Source: a virus (taxonomy: Duplodnaviria > Caudoviricetes). Taken from it: a stretch of DNA of 64,000 nucleotides. The stretch lies in IMG/VR virus record IMGVR_UViG_2881966637_000002, positions 1 through 64,000 of that record; one strand, 5' to 3'. This document shows, piece after piece, positions 9,259 to 18,945 of the stretch. A program made the position numbers and the translations under genes. The notes under the pieces are model-generated. The model was not told where the DNA came from. It was given only the letters and a program-made list of their open reading frames with translations, and ran no database searches. How positions within the stretch are numbered: position 1 is the stretch's first letter; each line of letters opens with the position of its first letter.

Positions 9259-9582
9259 TTACTTGCTCAATTCGTTTTCAAAAATTTCGATGTAGTCAAC
9301 GTCTTGTATCGGGTTGTTGCTGATCGTGCCCAGCGACGTCCAGACACTGGCGGTGGTGACCCGGTATTGCAACTCGTCTCCCTGCCGGCGCAGCTCGATA
9401 CCCGAGAGATTCGGGGCTTGATACGACGGGTAGCCGGTGACAGGGGGCGGGCTGGTCGGGCCGCAGCCGCAGGAGCTGGGTGGGGTGAGGTGAACGGTGT
9501 CACCCAACCCCTCTATCCCTAGCCCTTGTAACTGCTCGGGCGACAACTGCCCTAGTAACTCATACGGATTGTAGCAACTCAT
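9259..9582 (-). CDS. Small structural/adaptor protein
   Basis: 107 aa with SCGCG, Pro linker, IELRRQGDELQYR..W..L motif and C-terminal DVDYIEIFENEL. Confidence 0.55.
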   Translation of the reverse strand: MSCYNPYELLGQLSPEQLQGLGIEGLGDTVHLTPPSSCGCGPTSPPPVTGYPSYQAPNLSGIELRRQGDELQYRVTTASVWTSLGTISNNPIQDVDYIEIFENELSK

Positions 9583-12500
9583 GCGTTCTGGTTGGGGTTA
9601 ATGCCGGCCGGTGGCGCGACGTTAGCTGTATTGATCCACTCGACCCGCCAAAGCTCGCCAGCCGGAGCCGGGTCGTCCTGCCGCTCGGTGCCGAAGTCGA
9701 TGTAGCGTTGGAAGCTGACTTTGTTGACCACGCCCCGCCACTCACCGTTACCCGACAGCGGAACCTCAATCGTGCGCATCTGACCGTCGCTGTTGACCGG
9801 GAACTCGACAAAAATGGGCAGGCCGTAGGGCGACATGTCGTGCCGCCAGAACAGGAGCCTGAACTTGTTCAGTGGACCGGCGTACGCCATGCGGATAAAC
9901 ACGCTGCCGATACTCGACGCCGGCAAGCTCAGCCGCTGGGACGAGATACTGGCCTGCTTAAGCGTAGGTACAATGGTCCAGCCCGATTGCGGGAAAGGTA
10001 CCCCGCCGTCCGTTGCTTTGTTGCGAATCCAGCGGCCTCGGTCCAGGCTATAGGCGAAGTTCGTGGCCAGTGTACGCGGCCAGTTCTGCTCCATTGCGTA
10101 CTGACGCATTTCATCGACGTGCCCGGTCAGGATATGGTACTCGTTGTACAGCACCTGGTTCCAGTCGATGTGAAGCTGCGGTTGCCACGCGACGTACGGG
10201 CTGGCTTCGGCAAACTCGCCGTCACCGCAGTCCGGGCACTGGCGTTTACGCGTCACCTCGTACAAACCTGGACCGGCGACGCCCACGCCCCGGTTGTTGT
10301 TGTTGACCCTGGCAATCCAGGGCTCAGTGATCGCAAACGGGATCTGCTCACTCTGCGAGTTGGTCCTTGTAATCGGCTGGTTGGCGTAGGGCTGACCGCC
10401 TTCGTAATAGACCGCGTGCTGAAATTCTTCGTTGGCGTAGACGCACGGCATTTCCTGGCCGTACGCGTCGTAGATGCCCTTGTCGTCGGTCCGGTTGTTG
10501 ATCATGCGCTCATACACCCGACAGGCTGCTTTGCCCGGCACCAGCACGAACCAGCGTTCGAGAATAACGTCCGTCACCTCGTTGCGCACCGGCCAGTTGA
10601 CCAGTTGCGATTTGATGTAGAGCCGGTTCTCGTCCCAGGCCACGGCCAGAATAGGCGACGGGTTCCAGAACGCGTCACCGGCTGTAATCGGGTCGTTCCC
10701 CGTACCCCCGCCTTCGGGGTCGAGTTTACCCAGTGGCGTTGCCCAGAAGCTGAACTCGGCGTTGGGGTTGGGGCTGGTGCGGCCACCCCGGTAATACGCC
10801 GACTGCAACTGACGACCGCCGTTGTCAGCGTTGTTCACAATGTTTTTGGTTGGCTCCGGCCCTTTGAGGTCGTAGACCTCGCAGACCGCACCCCCGCTCC
10901 GCTCCCAGAACCCGACCATGATAAAGCCGTTGCTGATCCGGATCTTGCGGCCGACGATCCCACCAATCCGCTCGTAAGGCCGGGTGTCGGTGATCGGCCA
11001 CACGTTCTGGTTCGTGGTTAAAATCGGGTAGTCAAAATTGGTTGTGACCGGGGGCGGTGCGTAGGTCGGTGTCCCGGTGCCCGTGCCGCTGTTGCCGCCC
11101 GTCGAACCCGTACCCGTTCCGGTACTCGTCGCGGTAGGTGTCGGCGTACCCGTGCCGCTGGTCACGCTCATTGCCGCCCAGAGCCGATCTGCTATCGTCT
11201 GATGGACGGGATCAGTGGGGTGGTTGGCGTAGCCATCGGTAGACCCCGGTATGCCCGAGAGGTCGATCACCGGCAAACTGAGATCGTTGGCCACGCTCCG
11301 GATCATGTTACTGACCTGTACCTGCGCTGGCGTCAGAGACTCCCAGAGCGAGGTGGTGAGGAACACAGCGGCATTGGGCCGCGACTGGCGCAGCTTGTTG
11401 ATAAACGCTTTGTACCAGCCCGTGAAGTCCTGGCTGAGATTGGTAACGTTTTCCGCAAGCCGAATTACGATGGCGTCGGCTCCGAAAGCCGTAGCCGGGT
11501 TATAGCGTTCCAGCCCACCCTGTAACTGCCAGTAGTTGCCCTCAAAGTAACTACCGTCGTTAATGGTCAGGGGCGGGAAATCGCCTAACTGACACACCTG
11601 TACATTCGGGTTTTTGGACCGCAGGTAGTTGGTTAGAATGTGTACGTAATCCTTGTTAGCCGCGCTGGCGTCCATGCCCCAGGCTTTGGTACCCCCACCC
11701 CAGTCCGGTATCGCCGGATGGTTCGTGATGGAGTTGCCCACGATCAGTACTTTGTTGTACACGCCGTTACCTACCGGCAACGTGCCGGTGGCCATGTCGG
11801 GGTTGAACGCACCGAAGTACGTCCATTCAAACGCTTGCCCAGGGGTCACGAATCCATTCTCCCGGTCGTTGACCAGCTCGAAGCGTGAAATGATCCCGGA
11901 CCAGTTCGGGTTCGAGCGCATGTTGATTTCGTACGTATGGAACTGATTGTCGGGAATCAGGTTGAACCACACGATCTGGGTAGCGTACTGCCGGATGCCC
12001 AGTGGGTACTGCGTGAGACTGCCCGCGTTGTTGGGATCGAAGCCGGACGCTTTCTGCCCTACTTTCAAAAATTCAATGCCCATCTTCGTGGGGCCACCCG
12101 CGTATTTGGTACGAATGAACAGCGTGTCGAAGTCAGCCGCCCGCCACGACCCAAACGGGCTGTGCAGGGCCGTAGTCGAGGCATGGGTAACGGTGTTGCC
12201 GGCGATGGTTTCCGTTTTGCCCACATAGGTCGGTTTCCAGTTGTCGGTGGTGAAGGGTTCTTTCTGGTCCTGAACCCCGTCCAGCCCCACCCAACCGGCT
12301 CTCGATTTTACGAACGAGAAGTCGGGCAGCGGTGTGCGGGGCAGGGCGTAGGCTGCGGCCCTGATCTCCGACTCCGAACCATAGATATAGTCGTAACTGT
12401 AGTAAAAGGTCTGGTTCGGATCCAGGTGCGACATGGGCCGACCGCCTATGTACATGAACCGGTCCGAGTTCTCGGCACTCGCTTCGTTCACATCCAGGTT

Positions 12501-13889
12501 GGTAAAGTTGACGTTGGCGTTGTACATATCCACCGACACCATACCCAGCATTTTCCCTTCCGGCAGCTCGACAGCGGCCCAGGGCTCGGACAGCGGGAAT
12601 GAACTCATCGTCCAGCCAACGCCGTTGGTGGACGTGGCGGGCGCATTGGTAAATGGCTGTTGTCCGTTGTAGAATTTGGCAACGGTCGCCGGCCAGATCA
12701 TGCTGAAGGGCGTTTCCTGTTCTCTGGCCTCGTACAGCGTCGCGTCGCGCAGCGAGCCGGCTTCCACCGTGTCACGAAAATGGGTCAGCCTCAGTTTGAC
12801 CCGGATGCGGTTGCCGTCGATCTTCACCCACCGTTCCACGAACAGCGGCATGAGTAACGTGTTGTTGTGCGGCCAGGAAATGAATCGGGTCTTGGTATAC
12901 AGCCAGCCGGTGCTGGTGATACCTTTGGCCACGACCGGACCGGACTGGTTGTTTACCGAACCGGCCAATGGGTTGTAGCCGATAGACGACCAGGTGTTAC
13001 CCTGGTCAGCGGCAAAATTGAGTGGGCCGGCGTAAGGGCAAGCTCCTTCCAGCCGGCCCTGATCGCGCATGTTGATCGTGGACAACCACTGGCCGTTGAC
13101 ACGGCGGTATATCTGCATGGCCGAACCAAAGCCTTCCCGCAGCTCGATCCGCAGATCACCGGACTCCTGACGCAGTATGCCGCGCACCGGAATGCCGTAG
13201 GGCTGCATGACCTGGGTGCTGTTCTCGGTCCAGTTGCCGTTTACCGTTTCGTACACAAAGGCTGGCGAGCCCGACCCGGTACCCGTCGCCGTCGCGGTAG
13301 CCGTGCCGGTGCCACTTGTGCCCGTAGATGTGCCAGCCGTAGCGTTGCCACTGCCCGGTATGTACGGCCCGAAGATCGTGGTCAGGTTCGCCCGGCGCGG
13401 AGCGAGTAGCAGCGTCGCGGTTTCGACCGGAGCGTTGTTAACGAACCGGGCAATGGTGATCTCCAGCGTTTCGGTACCGATCCCGGAACCAGCCTCACCC
13501 GTCGCCCGGTAGCTCCACTCCTGCTTGAAGTCCCCCCTGGATCTAGGACCGGGCGGGTAGTAGCTGTTGGGACTGAGCACCTGCCCACCCGACGAGCGCA
13601 TGAGCAGGTTGATGTTGTCCTGCCGGCGTATTTTGACGCGGATGTCCACCGTGCCTTCGGGCGCGATTTCCAGATCCATCGACCGGGCACTGGTATAGGT
13701 CATTTGCAACCCTTTCAGCCAGGGGAACGGGCTGGGGATAAATGACGAGGTACTGACCCCGGCGTTGTTAGCCGATTTACGGGCTGCGGCCTGCTCCTTA
13801 CTTTCGTTCGGGAGCAGGGTGATTACGACGTTGGTTGGATCATCCACCGATGCGTCGGCATTCGTATTAAGCCACTGGTAACGTGCCAT
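9579..13889 (-). CDS. Large modular protein: two homologous beta-sandwich domains flanking an SGNH/GDSL hydrolase, joined by Thr/Gly linkers
   Basis: SGNH blocks VLIVGNSITNH..WGMDAS..DYVH, RLAEN and HPTD (~11170-11750). Internal paralogous domains (ERW...R.D...Y.A..QE.P ; EPW.A) at ~11800-13150 and ~9630-10940. Confidence 0.8.
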   Translation of the reverse strand: MARYQWLNTNADASVDDPTNVVITLLPNESKEQAAARKSANNAGVSTSSFIPSPFPWLKGLQMTYTSARSMDLEIAPEGTVDIRVKIRRQDNINLLMRSSGGQVLSPNSYYPPGPRSRGDFKQEWSYRATGEAGSGIGTETLEITIARFVNNAPVETATLLLAPRRANLTTIFGPYIPGSGNATAGTSTGTSGTGTATATATGTGSGSPAFVYETVNGNWTENSTQVMQPYGIPVRGILRQESGDLRIELREGFGSAMQIYRRVNGQWLSTINMRDQGRLEGACPYAGPLNFAADQGNTWSSIGYNPLAGSVNNQSGPVVAKGITSTGWLYTKTRFISWPHNNTLLMPLFVERWVKIDGNRIRVKLRLTHFRDTVEAGSLRDATLYEAREQETPFSMIWPATVAKFYNGQQPFTNAPATSTNGVGWTMSSFPLSEPWAAVELPEGKMLGMVSVDMYNANVNFTNLDVNEASAENSDRFMYIGGRPMSHLDPNQTFYYSYDYIYGSESEIRAAAYALPRTPLPDFSFVKSRAGWVGLDGVQDQKEPFTTDNWKPTYVGKTETIAGNTVTHASTTALHSPFGSWRAADFDTLFIRTKYAGGPTKMGIEFLKVGQKASGFDPNNAGSLTQYPLGIRQYATQIVWFNLIPDNQFHTYEINMRSNPNWSGIISRFELVNDRENGFVTPGQAFEWTYFGAFNPDMATGTLPVGNGVYNKVLIVGNSITNHPAIPDWGGGTKAWGMDASAANKDYVHILTNYLRSKNPNVQVCQLGDFPPLTINDGSYFEGNYWQLQGGLERYNPATAFGADAIVIRLAENVTNLSQDFTGWYKAFINKLRQSRPNAAVFLTTSLWESLTPAQVQVSNMIRSVANDLSLPVIDLSGIPGSTDGYANHPTDPVHQTIADRLWAAMSVTSGTGTPTPTATSTGTGTGSTGGNSGTGTGTPTYAPPPVTTNFDYPILTTNQNVWPITDTRPYERIGGIVGRKIRISNGFIMVGFWERSGGAVCEVYDLKGPEPTKNIVNNADNGGRQLQSAYYRGGRTSPNPNAEFSFWATPLGKLDPEGGGTGNDPITAGDAFWNPSPILAVAWDENRLYIKSQLVNWPVRNEVTDVILERWFVLVPGKAACRVYERMINNRTDDKGIYDAYGQEMPCVYANEEFQHAVYYEGGQPYANQPITRTNSQSEQIPFAITEPWIARVNNNNRGVGVAGPGLYEVTRKRQCPDCGDGEFAEASPYVAWQPQLHIDWNQVLYNEYHILTGHVDEMRQYAMEQNWPRTLATNFAYSLDRGRWIRNKATDGGVPFPQSGWTIVPTLKQASISSQRLSLPASSIGSVFIRMAYAGPLNKFRLLFWRHDMSPYGLPIFVEFPVNSDGQMRTIEVPLSGNGEWRGVVNKVSFQRYIDFGTERQDDPAPAGELWRVEWINTANVAPPAGINPNQNA

Positions 13890-13901
13890 AGTAGCGATTG
13901 G

Positions 13902-16900
13902 TTACGGGTAGAGGGCGACAAAGCCCGATGTCGAGTCTGTTGGAATATTCAGGGTGAGCGTGAGCAGGTTAGGGTTGCCCGCGTTGCCGTTCGCCAGCGT
14001 AGTGATGCCGAACTTGTACGAGTTGCCGGCCAGGGTGCCGGCGTTGGCCGTGTCGATGAACGCGCGACGAATGTTATCCGTGGCCGGCGATCCGTTCTGG
14101 TACTTGCGCTCAAACAGCGCGTACCCGGTTGTCGGTGTAGTGGCCGACGATAACCAGAACCGCCAAGACATCGGCTGGTCGGGGTAGCTGTCGATCATCT
14201 GGATTTCCAGGAAGTCTTTCACCGACCCCACACCCCGCACGTACCGGTACTGCACTTTGGTAATCGTGTTGGGCTCTACCGTTCCGGTACCCGTACCCGT
14301 ACCTGTTCCGGTAGGCGTTGCGGCCAGTACCGTAATCGGCTTAGAGTAGCCGTTGCCGTTTTCGGACACCAGCACGGATAAGCTCTGCGACGACGGCGGG
14401 GAGCCAACATTGCTGGGCAGGGTCAGCAAACCGGTCGCCGAATCAATGCTGTTGCCGTACAGCGTCGAGCTGATCGCGAACGTATGCGCTCCGGTAAACG
14501 GCCGGGTACTGCCATCACTCAGCACTTCGACCAGCGTGTAATCCGCTGTCGTTGGCCGGGTGAGTGTGTCTGGGCCCTCAATCCGTTTGCCAACCACCGT
14601 AGGAGCCTGCGTAGCGGTACCCGTACCGGTGGCCGTAGCGGTGCCAGCCGAATACGTGAAGTTTTCGGTATCGGTACAGGTCGAAGCACTGCCGGCCGAG
14701 CGGGCCGCGACCATCCGCAGCACGTAGGTTTGCCCATTGGCAATCGGAGCCGCGTTCATATCAATCACCAGTTTGGTGCCTTGCAGCGGAACGACGCCAC
14801 TTAGACTGTTGAGTTCGGCCCCGTCAAGGGTTAAGACCTGCCAGCGGAAATCCGTTTGCGTGCCGATATTCGATAGCTCAACCTCAAAGGTTTTGCCATC
14901 AACGCGGGTGATCGCACCAATGCCGAACGTACAAGCCCCGGTAGCGGTGGAGGTCGGTGTCGCGGTCGGCGTCGGCGTTCCAGACGTTGGACCCGCATAG
15001 GTGAAGCCTTCGGTGTCGCTACAGGTCGTGGTATCGCTGCTGGTGCGGTCCGCGACGATCCGCAGCACGTAGGCCGTGCCCTGCGACATTGGGGCCGCGT
15101 TCATATCAATGATCAACTTCGTGCCTTGCAGCGTGACCGGTCCCTGCACCGTGGTAATCGCGTTACCGCCCGTGTCCAAAACCTGCCAGCGGAAGTTGGT
15201 TTGTGTGCCGACGTTGGTCAGGCCCACGTCGTAGGTCTTGCCGTCAATCCGGGTAATGGAGCCAATGCCGAACGTACAGCCGCTGGGCGGTGGCGTGGTG
15301 GCCGTCGCCGTCGCGGTAGGTGTTGGGTTCACGGCACCGGAGGTCAATATCTGCGATTGGGCTCCCGAGATACCCGTCAGGTTCACCGGTACACTGGTCA
15401 CCTTGCCTGTGGCGTCTTTTACCCGCAGCGTGAAGTTGCCGTTGTTGATGTCGGCTCCACCCTGCACGAAGCCAGGGTGCCAGTTATACCGCCTATTGAA
15501 ATTGGTGGCCGATCCCTGAATCGTGAAGTTGCCGGTTTCGGTACGCACGTAACCGCTTGGGCTGGGGTTGCCCTGGTTGTCGAGCGGCACCAGTTGCACG
15601 TCGTACGCCTGGCTGTCATTGACGAACAGATAGGCCACGAAGTCTTTGGCTCCCCGGTCCGAGCGGTAGGCGATGCGGGCAATGTTGCCCCAGTCCTGAG
15701 CGGTAGGGCTCTGGCTGGGGGTGGGCGTCGCGGTGCCGGTTCCGGTCGAACCTGTACCTGTACCTGTACCCGTGCCGGTCGAAACGCCCGGTGTCGGGAT
15801 GTCCATGACCTCGCCAATCGGGAAGTAGGGCTTGTTGGTGGTGGTCGGCGCAATAGTCGCTGTATTGGTGCCGGTGCCGGTACCCGGTGTCAGCGTCGTG
15901 TCGTACACAACGCCCTGGCCCGGCAGCGGGAAACTCATCGTCAGCGTGTCGCTGAGCGTACCGTTGGTGAACTGCACATTGAACAAGCCGCGTCCCGAGA
16001 ACTGGAACACGCCTTGCCGCGTCAGGCCGTCCGGCAGATTGGCCGTGTCGTTCACCGGCCCGGTCACCGCCTGCCCCGTGGAACACGGTGCCGGAGTGAT
16101 GAACACACCGGTTACCACCGCATTGGTCAGCACCTGCAACAAGTTGAGGTTGGGCTGGCTGATGCGCGATTTGAAATTCTGAAGCATGAAGCTACCCACG
16201 CCCTGAGCGGCCAGCGTCGTAACCACGAAGTCGTAGAACGCCGGCTGTCCGTTCGGCACCCGCGCCGTTAATCGCAGGGTAATGGCTCCCGGCGTTGTGG
16301 TCCTGAGTGACAGTTGCAGATACCGAACTAAGGTCGGGTTGCCCTGGGCATCTTCGTCCGTGCTCTCGCTCAGCAGGAGCGATCCCTGCTCCGAGGTCAA
16401 GGCCGTACCGATGGGCGGGGCGAACGATAACTCAAAGACAGTCGGCCGGCCGCTGAACACCTGGTCGATGGGCAGGAAGTAGGTTACGGCCTCGGTGTTG
16501 GCCAGCTTGCGTATAGGGCCGGGGTTACAAAGCAGCGATACGCCGTTGCTTGTTCCGGTAGCGGTCGATGTGCCGGTGCCCGTGCCACCCGTTCCCGTAG
16601 CCGTACCGGTGCCGGTATTGGTACCCGTACCCCCGGTGCCGGTCGCAGTACTCGTGCCGGTGGATGTGCTGGTCGAGGTACCGGTAGCGGTTGATGTGCC
16701 GGTAGCCGTTCCGGAGCCCCCGGTGCCGGTGCCACTTCCGGTTGACCCATTGGGTACGTCGATGCCGGCGTTATACCGCACGCAGTCTTTGTCCTCAACA
16801 AAGCCGTTGGCTAACGCCTGCTCCGGCGAGAAGCAGTCGGCCCGGTTTCCCGACCAGCCGGCCGGGGCTATGTAGCACTTCCCGTCGTTCAGCTTTACAG

Positions 16901-16910
16901 TGATTGCCAT
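13902..16910 (-). CDS. Thr/Gly-linker-rich multidomain (Ig-like) virion appendage protein
   Basis: Long GTGTGT/TPTPTAT linkers between beta-rich domains. Contains a tandem duplicated 94-aa domain. Confidence 0.7.
14652..15278 (-). repeat. Tandem duplicated 94-aa Cys-bracketed domain (14997-15278 and 14652-14933)
   Basis: [15 protein letters not shown]...FRWQVL...[14 protein letters not shown]...YVLR...CSDTEGFTY versus [15 protein letters not shown]...FRWQVL...[14 protein letters not shown]...YVLR...CTDTENFTY. Confidence 0.95.
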
Positions 16911-16925
16911 GTTATTAATATGTTT

Positions 16926-17540
16926 TTAAGCTTGACGGTAGCCCGTAATATATTTGGCACAGCTAGGCACATCGGATACCCAGCGAATGCCGGTTATGGT
17001 TGTGCTACAAACCGAACCCGGTAGTACATCGACCACGATAGCCGTTTCGCAACCGGGCCGTATTTTCTCGCGCACAAAAACAGTTATCTGCATGGGCGGG
17101 ATGGGCACGATCACCGCGTTGCCATCCTGCCAGTTCACCCGGTTAACAGAGTACTCGACCTGACCGACGTGGCCCGTAGTGCCCAGAATCAAGGCCACCT
17201 GCGAGGAGCCTATTTTGATCTGGCTCACCAGTTGCGCCTGCAACCGACAGGTATTGGTGCCGGACGAGCCGGTACCTGTTCCCGTGCCCCCGGTGCCGGT
17301 ACCCGTGCCACCCGTTCCGGTTCCGGTACCCGACCCGTTGTTGCCCCCGTTTTCCGCAATGATCTTGATCTGCTCCAGGATGTGGGCCAGCGCGTCCAAA
17401 CACGAAAACGGCGTCAACGGCACGGGCCGAACCGGCGAGTTGAACAGCGCGTCGCCGGTTGAGAACCCGCAACCGCCCGGAAAAACCGAGGACGGGGGCG
17501 AACAGCCGCACGGAGTCTGGTTGCAGTTACACATGGTCAA
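16926..17540 (-). CDS. Cys-rich structural protein with Gly/Thr linker and small beta domain
   Basis: CNCNQTPCGC N-terminus, GTGTG linker, VEYSVNRVNWQ motif. Confidence 0.65.
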   Translation of the reverse strand: MTMCNCNQTPCGCSPPSSVFPGGCGFSTGDALFNSPVRPVPLTPFSCLDALAHILEQIKIIAENGGNNGSGTGTGTGGTGTGTGGTGTGTGSSGTNTCRLQAQLVSQIKIGSSQVALILGTTGHVGQVEYSVNRVNWQDGNAVIVPIPPMQITVFVREKIRPGCETAIVVDVLPGSVCSTTITGIRWVSDVPSCAKYITGYRQA

Positions 17541-17751
17541 ATAAGCTTAGGAAAGTATGGGTGTCACGCAAAGCATCGGTATCCCAGAACACCACCGCCT
17601 TATCCAGCATGAGCAAAAACTGCAAGTGCTGGTCAGCGGCATGCGTTGGCTTGCCCTGCCGCATCGTCTGGGCCAGGATTGCCGAGGCCCGTTTGATGCT
17701 GGGGGCGAGCCGCTGCTGCACGTTGCCGGGGGCGTTGATCGTTAGTTCCAT
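17527..17751 (-). CDS. Small hypothetical protein
   Basis: 74 aa with short overlaps to both neighbours in the operon. Confidence 0.55.
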   Translation of the reverse strand: MELTINAPGNVQQRLAPSIKRASAILAQTMRQGKPTHAADQHLQFLLMLDKAVVFWDTDALRDTHTFLSLFDHV

Positions 17752-18611
17752 GCCTTTAGTTCTGCGCGGATTCGTTTTAGAAATAAGTTGCCGGTTTCGC
17801 AGTCCACGTCTTTTTCCAGCAGGTCCAGGAGCTGGCCGATATACGCCAGCTTACCCTGCCTACAGTCGTCTACCGGGTAACCGCTGAGCATGTGCGCCGG
17901 GTACTGGGGTGTGGGGTCACAGGTCGCAGTACTCAGCTTTTCCTGAAGCAGCTTGCGCATCTTTTCCGCCCACTCCACCCGTTCGGACGCGGCCATGAAC
18001 AGGGTCAGCGTCGCGACACCCAGCGGCACGACCACGGTACGGGCCGTGGCGTTGGTACCCAATACCTGTTTGAGCACGGTACCGTTAGTCGCGGATACGC
18101 CATTGACCCGCAGCACCCAGTCGGTATACTCGTCCAGACTCCCCGTTTCCTGCCACTGCCAGCCACTGCCTTCGGGATAGCCATCGCAAGTCACCTCCGT
18201 CCAGATACCTTCTTTCTTCACCCAGAGTTGTCCGCCCGCTGGTAAAGGCGCGGTGAGCCGCACGGTATAGTTGGTCGGGTACCGGTTTTGGGTCAGGACG
18301 TTGACCGCCTGGATCTTCAGGCTCAGACAACCCGATAGAAACGCGCCGGCATAGCCGCAGCTCGCACTCACCCCGTTCGCCACCAGTTCACCGGCTGTTA
18401 CCGCGTAGGTGCCCTGGCGCATGGGTGCGGCCGGGAGCCCGCTGGTTTCGGTCGTGAACCCGTTTCGACCCGGATACGACGCGGTGACCAGGTATTTCTG
18501 TACCTGATTGCGGTCCAGTTTGGCCGCTGCCCAGTCCGCGTCGGACGTCACATCCTTCAGCGTCAGTTTGCCAGGGGCTACCAGTGTCGTCGCGATTGTC
18601 AGATTCACCAT
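17742..18611 (-). CDS. Hypothetical structural protein (possible tail hub)
   Basis: 289 aa in the structural operon. Beta N-terminal part, helical Cys-containing C-terminus. Confidence 0.55.
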   Translation of the reverse strand: MVNLTIATTLVAPGKLTLKDVTSDADWAAAKLDRNQVQKYLVTASYPGRNGFTTETSGLPAAPMRQGTYAVTAGELVANGVSASCGYAGAFLSGCLSLKIQAVNVLTQNRYPTNYTVRLTAPLPAGGQLWVKKEGIWTEVTCDGYPEGSGWQWQETGSLDEYTDWVLRVNGVSATNGTVLKQVLGTNATARTVVVPLGVATLTLFMAASERVEWAEKMRKLLQEKLSTATCDPTPQYPAHMLSGYPVDDCRQGKLAYIGQLLDLLEKDVDCETGNLFLKRIRAELKAWN

Positions 18612-18615
18612 AGTA

Positions 18616-18945
18616 TCAATGTGCCAGGACCGTCGCGGTCAGGTACAGATTTTCGTGCGTGTTGTCGTCGTAAAATACCGTGACCGCTTTGGTCGTGGTG
18701 AACTGGGTAGCCCCTTGCTGCCGGTGGTATTCGGGCAGGCTGGGTGGAGCCGCGTAGTCCACGTAGATCCCATTCTGGTCGAAGAATGCCGTTGTACAAC
18801 TACAATCGGCACTCACCGTCCGGATCGCGGGTCCGGCTTCGATCCGGGTAAAAATGCCCCGTCTTATTTCCCGCAGATGCACTTTGCCTATGTCTACGGT
18901 CTGCGGCCCGAAATAACTGACCTGGGGGGGTGGTTGGGTTATCAT
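18616..18945 (-). CDS. DUF1573-like Ig-fold protein
   Basis: DIGKV...IRTVSADCSCTT (CxCT motif) and terminal L.L.ATV, as in Bacteroidota DUF1573 domains. Confidence 0.6.
   Translation of the reverse strand: MITQPPPQVSYFGPQTVDIGKVHLREIRRGIFTRIEAGPAIRTVSADCSCTTAFFDQNGIYVDYAAPPSLPEYHRQQGATQFTTTKAVTVFYDDNTHENLYLTATVLAH

Noticed and set aside
14652-15278. Duplicated segment as a possible DGR template/variable repeat pair
   Set aside because: Both copies are in-frame domains of one protein, differences are not adenine-specific, and no reverse transcriptase is in the window.
9708-16271. Long plus-strand ORFs (e.g. 9708-11021, 15126-16271, also 3647-4621)
   Set aside because: Antisense shadows of GC-rich minus-strand genes. 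No motifs, and fully overlapped by convincing CDSs.
11040-17350. Recurrent GGTACC/CCGGTGCC short repeats resembling a CRISPR array or satellite
   Set aside because: No constant repeat-spacer period. Explained by Gly-Thr codons in protein linkers.
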